This document shows, piece by piece, positions 11,548-20,742 of a DNA stretch of 64,000 nucleotides. A program made the position numbers and the translations under genes. The notes beneath the pieces were generated by a model. It saw only the letters and a program-made list of their open reading frames with translations. It was not told where the DNA came from and did not search any database. Source of the stretch: Raillietiella orientalis (lineage: Eukaryota); NCBI GenBank assembly GCA_036172245.1, contig JAYWIR010000022.1:1-64000 (forward strand), given 5' to 3'. The first letter of the stretch is position 1; each line of letters opens with the position of its first letter.

Positions 11548-14500
11548 CGGGTGTAAACCTCCAAGGCTAACAAAAAGGCAGTTAGGCGTCCGGCCTCCAC
11601 CGAGGGGTCCGTAACTTCCGACCCCGAAGGGCAGGCCGGAAACCAAGTTTCCATCTCCGCGGCACCCCGCCGGAAGGCCGGAAGGAAGTCCAGCAAACCC
11701 TGGAAAGCCCCTCTCCAGGCCGAAGGCGTGGAGATGACTTCCGACTGCGAGGGTGCCATGAGCGTGGGAGAATCCCGGGAATCGTCACCCGAGAGACCAC
11801 CACGCACAGACACGGAGGAGATGGAGGGGGTTGAAGCCAGAAAGGTACCCAAGGTGCCTGAGGAGGCCGAAACCCTAATGGTCATCTCACCCGCCTCGGA
11901 AGAGGCGGGTTCCCCCACACCGTCATCTTCCCGGCAGTAATGCCGGGAATCTGCTCCCGCCGTCGTCTGCGCATCGCCGTTTGGAACGTTCGTCTGAATC
12001 CGGATGGGCCGAATCACGAGCGGGACCTGGTCAACGAGGTGTGCGCGGCGGTGCACACCTGTAATTTGTTGGCCAGTGTACCAGGGATGGAGGACAACAT
12101 CGATCACGTGTTCCTTGACGAGCATCTGTGCACTCGTGTGGGCAGGCGCTGCAAGTTACCGTGCGAGTTGTCCGACCATCGACCAATCGTGATTGAAATC
12201 CTTCCGCGCGACAAGGGACCGCCCTCGTCAGCGTGGCGTTTGCCAGGGGACTGGCTGAAGCTCCCGGACGCGACGGAACATCTCCGCACGTTTATACGGA
12301 GCTTCAGGATGCAGACACTCCAGGATTGGGACCGCTTCAAACGGTCGGTCCAGGAGTTCTGCGACCAGTTCCCTCTGCACCGGCTACCTGCGAGATTTGG
12401 GGACGGGGTACGTAACGAACGAGCCTATCTGCAGGCTCGCCGTTACGCCAGGACCCCCGACATCCGCAGACTGGCGGAATACAAAGCGGGAGCCGAGAGG
12501 CAAGCCTGGCAGTCAGGATCGTCCAGCTTGCTGGACGATCAGGGCCAGGAGCATTCGGCACCCGCTCAGATCTGCGGTCTCCTGCGGCGTTTTTACTCCT
12601 CCCTGTACGCAAGAACGCCTCCCGAGCGGGATTTCTCACGACTCCTGCTTCCGAAAGGCGCTCCTGCGATCGGGGAAGAGGAGAAAAAGTCCCTCGACGA
12701 GCCTTTCACGATGGGCGAAATCATCTCGGCCATCGGAAAGCTCAAGAGGCGCAAGGCTCCAGAGGAGGGCGGCCTGTCCGCGGAGTTTTATCAAACTTTC
12801 GCGGCTGAGCTAACCCCCCTGGTACATCAACTCACCTTGCTGATACGCGAGACAGGTGACGTTCCCGCCTCGTTTCGTTCGGCAAAGGTGCGGCTTCTCC
12901 CTAAGGGAGGAGATCTGAGGAGCATGAACAACTGGCGTCCCATCACTATAGTGAATGCGGATGCCAAGTTGATAGCTAAGGTTTGGGCTGAGCGCTTGGG
13001 ACGGGTTGCAAACGCCTTCATCAGCCCGGAACAGACGTATGCTGTTCCGGGGCGAAGCATGGAGGCGAACCTGTTCCACGCTTCCATCTGGCTAGAGCTC
13101 CAACACGAAAGGGGCTTGATGCGCACCGGGAATTCTGGTGAGTCCGTCAGCCATGCGACGGATGGTCGGATGGGGGAGGCAGCACTTGCGGTCGCTGTGG
13201 AATTGCGTAAAGCATTCGACAGCGTCGACCAGAATCTCCTGCTGGAGCTTTTGGAACGCTTGGGCTTCCCGGCCTCATTATTGGCCTATCTGCGCTCTAG
13301 CTGGCGCGATTCACAAATCAATGTTACTTTCAGCGGGCATACAGTTGACGGCGTGCCGGTGCCACGTGGGATCCGGCAGGGAGACAGCCTGAGCCCCTTG
13401 CTCTTCAGTACCTACTTTGAGTTGGTACTGAGAGCGTACAGGGAAACTCTGGCGCACCTGCCGCATGAATGCGCCGGAACGCCTGCGGTTTCAGCATATG
13501 CGGACGACCTTCTGCTACTGCTCCCTATGTGCACCCCGGCTTCGGCGGTCGAGTTCTTCGACCTGCTGAATCGAGGAACCGGGCTTACGGTAAACAGGGC
13601 GAAGTCGTCCGTGATGCCAGTTGGTGCGGCGTAATCAGGGCAGCAGGACTGGGTCCGTTTAGGGAACCCCACGGTGAGGTACTTCAAGTACCTTGGTGTG
13701 CCGTTGGGGGACTACTCCTTTGCGGAAGCGTGGTCCGGCTGCCTTCAAAAAGTGGAGACGGCTATCGGCCCGTTCCGAGGCGGCAGGTTTTTCCTGCCTG
13801 AACGGGCTGCGGTTTGGAACATGTTCGCGGCTCCTCTCCTCCGTTCCCTGCTTTTTGTTTGCCCCCCCACAGAGAGGATCAAAAAGCGGACGAAGGACCT
13901 CCTCCGTATCGCCTTTTGGGGCAACGGGAGGGCCCGATTCCGCTTAAAGGACTTGTGCGTTCCGAGTCGGGACGGTGGTCTCGGCCTCCTGACACTGGGG
14001 CGGCTGGAGCTGCAGCTCCATTTCCGGATTTTGGCACTTGTGCCGGAGATTTGGTGCACCTGTTGGTGCGTCCCTGCACGTCTCCTCCTTCAGCAAACCA
14101 CCGGCAAGACGGGAGTTACGTCGTTTCTTGCACTCTATCGAAGCCGCATCAACCGATGTGGGCTTCAGCTACGGAGGGTGGCTGCGCTGGCAAGGAAAAA
14201 TCAAGGATGGATCACCTGTCTCCCCGCGAACGGTAGTGCCTGGTTGCAGGAAACCGTTCGTACGTGGGGACAGTTCGGTATGCAACCCTCCCATCAGGAA
14301 CGAAGGTTCCTGTTTGGGTGTTACAGAAGTTGCACGCTCCGTGAGATCCTGAAGGATCCTAAGAAGAAAGCGTGGTCAGGAAGAACCCCCCTCGCTGCTG
14401 CGCTGGACTCCCTAGTGGAACATCAGGACAGCGATGTTGCGGCGAAGTGGGAGGTTACAATAAAAATCTCCGGTAAGGAGAAGAAGCAGAGAGAGTGTAA

Positions 14501-15311
14501 GACGGGCCAGCTAACTGATGCTGCGACCCCGAGTACGCCTCCTAATGGACTTCTGCTCTGGGGAGCGCTGCTGGGTGTTCCGATTGAACATCTGAAGTGG
14601 CCCCCGGTTCTTATGGACACTTTGATCCTCCCCCTTAAATGGCAAGAGTCGGCATTCCTGTTGCAGCACTGGGGAGTCCCCTGCAACGCCCGTCGACACC
14701 ACTGGACCTGGGGAGCGGTGGATCCCAATTGTGTAAGGTGCGAGGAACGGGAGTCCCTCCCCCACCTCCTAGTGGATTGTGTTGCCCTTCGGCTCCTTTG
14801 GTTCCGCTTTGTCGCGGTCATAGGTATCCCTTGCGGCAACCCCAGGGACGCACTGAAAGCCTTCTTCGTTGCCGACGCCCTCCGGCCAGCGTCCTCGATA
14901 GCAGCCTTGTGTTGCCTTCGTGGGATCTTTGCCGCATGGAGCACGGCGACGGGAGGACCTAGCGATCAGGACGCCATCCAGTGCGCCTCCCAATTCCTAA
15001 GGAGGGCGTCGCGATGGCCCCACCTGGATGTTCACAACAAACAAGAGCTTGCCAGAATCCTGAGAGGGATGATGCGGCCCCAGCAGCATCAGTGATCCCT
15101 TCCCGTTCCCTCCCACCCTTTGTTTCTTTTTGTTTAGTTTTTTGTTTTCCTTCTTTCCCCTGCTGCCTTGGTGGACCGTACCGGTTTAGAAACCGGTAAA
15201 TTGGCAGGCTCCGTGGTTCTTCGCTTCTGGCTGGAGCATTGCAACAGCCAGAAATAATTTGTTTATCAAGTTTATTTTTTAATAAACGACCCGGAGAAAT
15301 CCGGGTGAAAA
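11548..15311 (+). mobile_element. Tx1-like element (copy I): ORF1 C-terminus, ORF2 with in-frame APE deletion and a premature stop, hairpin end
   Basis: TAATG at 11938-11942; ORFs 11940-13634 and 13674-15095; terminal motif 15281-15307. Confidence 0.9.
15281..15307 (+). terminator. Conserved 3'-terminal AATAAA plus hairpin motif of the Tx1-like family
   Basis: AATAAACG-ACCCGGA-GAAA-TCCGGGT-G; homologues at 6627, 11527, 18434 (-), 24508, 33147 and 35749. Confidence 0.75.
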
Positions 15312-15570
15312 TCGAATGCTTTCCGCAAGTCGATTGCGACCGCAAGGGCTCCCTCCCCCACTCGACCATCCGACGCCTTGCCGGCGCACGGTCCGGAATT
15401 TCGGCTGCGCACCAAGCTCCTTTCTTGTTGGTGCTCTAGCCAGGTGGAAGCGTGGAACAGGTTCGCCTCCATGCTTGGCCCGGGAACGGCATATGTCTGT
15501 TCCGGGCTGATGAAGATGATAGCAACCCGTCCCAACCTCTCTGCCGAAACCTTAGCTAGCAACTTGGCGT
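15312..15570 (-). mobile_element. Internal RT fragment of a Tx1-like element (copy J)
   Basis: AKLLAKVSAERLG...SPEQTYAVPG...AIDLRKAFD on the minus strand. Confidence 0.85.
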
Positions 15571-15580
15571 GCGGACGTGT
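15571..15580 (+). promoter_or_regulatory. Conserved 5'-terminal motif GCGGACGTGT (DPE-like internal promoter element)
   Basis: Recurs at 8542-8533 (-), 19068-19077 (as TCAGACGTGT), 26814-26823 and 33199-33208, always ~70-95 nt before ORF1. Confidence 0.65.
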
Positions 15581-15735
15581 TTTTTCCGCGCTCCTCTGCG
15601 CCTGTTGTAATGCGTTCCTTCGTTAGTGTTTGTGTGTGGACCATCTGCTGTGTCCAATAACAGAAATGCCTGAGGACACCGCGATGGAAGTCGGCGGGGG
15701 AGAGGATTGTTCCTCTCCCCATCCCATTGAGGTGG

Positions 15736-15870
15736 GGGCAACCACACCCTTGAAAAAGAGGGCAACCGCCCTCGTGGAAAAGGCAGCAACCACACCCTTG
15801 AAAAAGGGGACTACCGCCGCCTTGGAAAAGGGCGCAACCGCCCCCTTGAAAAAGAGGGCAACCGCGTCCC
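15736..15870 (+). repeat. 24-bp tandem repeat (~5.5 units) in ORF1 of copy G
   Basis: Encodes ATTPLKKR/ATALVEKA/ATTPLKKG/TTAALEKG/ATAPLKKR. Confidence 0.8.
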
Positions 15871-18402
15871 TGGATCCACCTGCTCCATCCACGAACACCT
15901 GGAGCTTCGTGACTGCAGCGCCATCTCCTGCAGCCTTAGCAGAACAACGGGCCTACCTGGAACAAGGATACAAGCCGTCCTTGATTTCCAAGGTAGGAAA
16001 TCTGTTTGTGGGGAACACCGCTCGTAACTTTGAAAGAGAGTTACAGCGGTTGGATGTCAAAGAGGAAGACATGGAAGGTCTCTCCGTGATGAGTGGGGGC
16101 CAGCGGGTGGAGCTGACTTGCAAAAATGCAAGTCTGGCTCAACGCCTGCTGAACAATCCCATCATTCTGGAAGGCCGAAAGGTCTTCCCTGTAACGGAGG
16201 ACCGATCCATTGTTGCCCACCTTACCGGTGTAACTCTGCGCATGACAAAAGCTGGCGTGCAGGAAGAGTTGCAGAAACATGGTACGGTGCACGCGCTCTG
16301 AACCAAGCCCAACGTCTTCCAAACATACGGAAGACTGTTCAGTCGCATGGCTGCAGCGCGTGTGACCGTCCACGAAAACGGTGGGCTGCCCCACAAACTG
16401 GACGTCGGCAACGAGGTCGTCAACGTCTGGTACGTGGGCAAGCCCAAGTACTGTGGGCAATGTGATGCAACAGGGCACCTGAAAAAACGGTACCCTCACA
16501 TCCAGTGTTTCCACTGCGGCGAGAAGGGCCACGTCCGAAAAGTGTGCCCAAAGCGGGAACCTCCAGCGCCCTCTGCCTTGAAAAAAGGTAAGGGGAAACG
16601 CCTGGAGAAAACAAGCGAGCCATAAGAAGCAAAGGAAAGGGCAAGCAAAAAGCCAGAGTCCGAATGCTCCCAGCAAACGGCGGTCGAGAAAACTCCAGAC
16701 GACGCTGGTGACAACGAGGACTGGCGGACAGCGAAGCCGAAAACTAAAAAAATCCGAAAAACCGAAGAACCGACAGCAGATCCCGCGAAAACTTCTTTAA
16801 ATAGAAGGCAACGCCGCGCTTTGCTCCGCGAATGTTCGGTCGCTTTGGAGCGCGTGGAGATCCCCGAGACCTCCACCAGGGGAGATATCTCCCGCCTCGT
16901 TGACGCCGAAGCCGCGATCGAGGAAGGCGAACCCTCTGTGCAAACAGAGGGGGAGCCGAGCGACGCGCTCGCCGTAATCGAGGACGCCGCCTTCCAGCAG
17001 GCAGCGGAAGAGCTCGCGGCCGAACTCGCGGAGCGTGAGAACGGCGCACGAAAGGCCTTGCGAAGGCCGGCAGCGAGCAAGGCACCTCCGACAGGTGACC
17101 ATGAACCGGATGCCGGAAGTGCGTCCTCCTCCGCGGAGGCGCCTTCGAAGACTGGACGGAAGTCCAAAAATCCAGAGGCGCATCCCGACGAAGAAGGAGG
17201 GGGAAGCACCGGCAACCGAGGGGAAAGCTGGCAGCGTGGGAACGGAGGGAGGGATGTTCCCACCCTCCGCTACCGAGCAGCTGGCGAACCCCATGAAGGA
17301 GGGGGATAAGGTGAGTGATTGCCGCCCCCTCCCAACGGTGGAACCTGTTCAGGAGATAGCCATGGAGGAGGGGGAGCAGACAGCTGACAACCGCTCTCCC
17401 CTGCCGTCCAGAGCAGTCGACGAATCGGCCCCCATGGAAGAGGGGGAGTAGGTGCGTGAAACCCGCCCCCTTCAACCGTTGCGGTCCGCCGTGGAATCGG
17501 CCCCCATGGAGGCGGGAGAACCGGTGAACGGTGATCCCATTCCTCCATCCGTCCCGCCCGACCAGGTGACGGGCGCCCCATTGTCGCTTTCCCAGGAGTA
17601 ACACCTTGGCTCGCCTATCGCCGTCGATTACGCGTGGCCTGCTGGAACGTGAACCGGCTGCGCGACGACGGCAACAGACGGGACACGGCCGCCACCCTGC
17701 GTGACTTCGACCTGGCGCTCCTGCAGGAGATCCACGTGATCACCGCGGAGAACGCCCAGGAGATCGAAAGCATCGCAGGGGGGCGGCTAATGTGGCAATG
17801 CGGCACCCGATACACCTGCGGCGTCGCGTTTTTCATGAAGCCGGCGGTCGACGCAGCTGTGAAGGGCGTGCGCTTCGACGAAGCCGGTCGTGTCGGCCAG
17901 CTGATTCTCAGGTGGTCCGACACGATCGACCTCGTCGTAACAAATGTGTACGCTCCGAGCGGTCCTACCAGGTACCAGGAACGTAAGGCGTTCCTGGAAC
18001 CCCTGAAGCGCGACTGGCTGGTGGAAGCGAACGTGCGCGTGGCTCACCTGATAGCGGAAGACTTTAATCTCCGCCTGCTATCAGGTGAGCCACACGCAAA
18101 GGAACGGACGGCTAACGAGTTGTGCGCCGCCATGCGCACGCGCAACTTGTTAAGGGGATCTTTCGGAAATGGTCAACAGCATCGACCACGTCTTCCTGGA
18201 TGTCGACCTGTGTTCTCGGGTCGGCAAACGGGGGAAAGTTGCGTCGGAGCTGTCTGACCATTTCCGGTTGATATTCGAGGTGTGCCCGCGCGACAAGGGC
18301 CCCCCATCCAGGGCGTGGCGTCTGCCTTGGGACTGGACGCGCCTCTCAGATGCGAAGAAACACCTTCGCGAATTCCTGAGAGGCGTCACCCTCCGCAATC
18401 TC

Positions 18403-19065
18403 GCTTGAAACCCGGGTGCGCCGGGACGTTTATTCTCACGAATAAACCTATATAATCTGTAACTGGACCAGTAGTCCAGCCACGCCCTGGAAAGATATGC
18501 TTGCCGGGCTACCGGTGCGCAGACCGGCGCGGTCGACCTCGGCAGCAGAGGGGAGGGGGAACGAAACAAAAAAAAAACAAAAAAATAAACAAAAATCAGG
18601 GAGGGAGCAGGAAGGGATCACAGTCTGCTGGGAGGGTCCGTCATCCTCTGGAGGATGCCGGCAAGCTGTTTCTGCATGTGTGGTTCTAGATGGGGCCATC
18701 GCGTCGCCATCCTGAGGAAACGGGCGGCATACACGTTGGCATCCCTGTCGCTGGATCCTCCCGTCTCTTTGCTCCATGCCACGACGATCCCGCGTAGGCA
18801 GCACAGGGCTGCAAGCGAGGCCGCTGGAGGCAGGGCGTCACGGACGAAGAGGGGGCGCAAAGCGTCCCTGGGGTTGCCTCCGGGGATCCCCAGGGCTGCG
18901 GCAAAGCGTTCCCACAAGGGACGGAGTGCAACACAATCCACTAACAGGTGGGGGAGGTATTCCCTCTCCCCGCACCTGACACAATTAGGGTTGACACCCC
19001 CCCGCGTCCAGTGGTGTCGGCGGGCGTTGCAAGGAAGCCCCCAATGCAACACCAGCAGTGCCGAC
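18403..19065 (-). mobile_element. 3' end of Tx1-like copy F (Cys/His domain, 3' UTR, hairpin end)
   Basis: LHWGLPCNARR...CVRCGEREYLPHLLVDC on the minus strand; AATAAACGTCCCGGCGCACCCGGGTT at 18434-18409. Confidence 0.9.
19054..19065. repeat. Left target-site duplication of copy E
   Basis: AGCAGTGCCGAC, identical to 24538-24549. Confidence 0.9.
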
Positions 19066-19140
19066 GGTCAGACGTGTTCTCTGCGCGCTCCTGACTCGCT
19101 CGACTTTATTGGTGTAGTGCGGTGCATCAGTGGTCGGGGG

Positions 19141-20742
19141 ATGGCAGAAATGCCTGATCCCGCCACTAGTGAATGTGGGGTGGGGGCCGGACGAACGTCC
19201 CCCGTACTTATGGAGATAGGGGCACCTGCCCCGAAAGCTTCGTCCCCCGCGCCGGCGAGGGACTACAGCGCCGCGGTCGCCGCGCCATCTGCAGCGGCCA
19301 TCGCCGAGGCCCAGGCCTACAAGGCCTACAACTACAACCCGAGTCTGCTGTATAAGGTAGGCCGGGTGTTTGATGACCGTGTGGCGCGCTCCTTCGAGAA
19401 GGAGCTCCACCGTTTGAATGTTAACAAGGAGGATCTGCTGGGTCTCTCCATCCGCAGCGGGGGACAGCATGTCGAGTTGACCTGCAAAGAAGCAGGGTTG
19501 GCGCAAAGACTGCTGCGAACCCCCGTCAGGGTCGAGGGCCGCCAGATCTTCCCTGTCCCGGTGGACAACTCAATAGTTGTCCACCTCCGTGGAATCACCG
19601 TGCGGATGTCACCGAGCGCCGTTAGGGCTGAACTCAGCAAATTCGGCACCGTACACGCGCTGTGGCTGAAGCCCAACAGGTTCCGTACTTATGACGGACT
19701 CCTGAGCGGACTCGCCGCGGCACGTGTGACTGTGAATAAGGACATTGGGGTTCCCCATAAACTAGTAGTCGACGGAGATTCTGTCGACATCTGGTATCTG
19801 GGGAAACCCAAATACTGTGCGTTTTGTGATGGTACGGGGCACGTGAAGAAACGCTGCCCCAACATCACCTGCCGCAAGTGCGAGGCAATCGGGCACACGG
19901 AAGAAGTGTGCCCCAAAAAGACTTCGCGCGCGCCGGCTGCTGCCGTGAGCGGCACGAACGCGAGCAAGAAGCTTGGCAAGACGAGGCCGCCGTCTAAAAA
20001 TACGGTTGACCCGGAGCCAGCCAAAAAGGGCATCCCGACCACCCCGTCTGCAGAAACGCAGGCAACCGAGGTGGAAGGAGAAGAGCCTGGCTGGCAAAAG
20101 GTCAGTCCAAAGAAAAAGACAGAAAAAAAGGACGTAAATAATAAAAATAAAGTCCCTGCAAAAACCGCGAAACCCGCGAAAAAGCAGGGACTGAAAAAAT
20201 GCACGGTCGCACTGGAGCGCCTTGCAGACGCCGAAGTGCCGTGCGAACAGGACGTTGCCGTGTGCAACAACGCTGACAGCCCCGTCGCTGTGCAAACAGC
20301 GTCCGAGGGCTGCGGCGAGGGGGAGAGCCGCGATGACGTGGGCTTTGCAAAAGCCGCCGCCGAGCTCGCCGCCAGTCAGCAGCCTCCCGCAAAGGTCGGG
20401 AAGAAGGCCGTTCGACGTCCGGCCGAGAGGAGGGGCACCGGGACCTCGGACTCGGACCCGGAGACCGGACACGCACCATCCGCATCTGCACCCCCGAGGA
20501 AGACCGGAAGGAAAATCCGTAACCCGAGGAGGATCGTCTCCTCCGAGGAAGGGGAATCCTCCGGAAACGAGGGTGCGGCGAGCGTGGGAGAGATGGACAC
20601 GAGTCCTGAACTCCCACGATCGGTCGAGACGGAGCCGATGGAGACGGAGGGGGTCGTCGAGCCGCCCCCCACCGCACAGGAGAAAGCCGGCGTCCCACCC
20701 CTAGGTGAGGCGGGAGACGCAGCATCACTTTCCCAGCAGTAA
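19141..20742 (+). CDS. ORF1 gag-like protein, 533 aa (copy E)
   Basis: ATG at 19141 (MAEMPD); knuckles CAFCDGTGHVKKRC and CRKCEAIGHTEEVC; TAATG overlap with ORF2. Confidence 0.9.
   Translation: MAEMPDPATSECGVGAGRTSPVLMEIGAPAPKASSPAPARDYSAAVAAPSAAAIAEAQAYKAYNYNPSLLYKVGRVFDDRVARSFEKELHRLNVNKEDLLGLSIRSGGQHVELTCKEAGLAQRLLRTPVRVEGRQIFPVPVDNSIVVHLRGITVRMSPSAVRAELSKFGTVHALWLKPNRFRTYDGLLSGLAAARVTVNKDIGVPHKLVVDGDSVDIWYLGKPKYCAFCDGTGHVKKRCPNITCRKCEAIGHTEEVCPKKTSRAPAAAVSGTNASKKLGKTRPPSKNTVDPEPAKKGIPTTPSAETQATEVEGEEPGWQKVSPKKKTEKKDVNNKNKVPAKTAKPAKKQGLKKCTVALERLADAEVPCEQDVAVCNNADSPVAVQTASEGCGEGESRDDVGFAKAAAELAASQQPPAKVGKKAVRRPAERRGTGTSDSDPETGHAPSASAPPRKTGRKIRNPRRIVSSEEGESSGNEGAASVGEMDTSPELPRSVETEPMETEGVVEPPPTAQEKAGVPPLGEAGDAASLSQQ

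Larger units (their letters stand above)
15571..18402 (+). mobile_element. 5' half of a Tx1-like element (copy G): disrupted ORF1 and APE domain
   Basis: GCGGACGTGT at 15571; ORF1 pieces 15630-16301, 16347-16625 (knuckles) and 16821-17600; APE motifs at 17634-18400. Confidence 0.9.

Noticed and set aside
18655..19140. Apparent 695-aa ORF1 with an N-terminal extension
   Set aside because: The extension is chance read-through across the TSD from antisense copy F; the homologous start is at 19141
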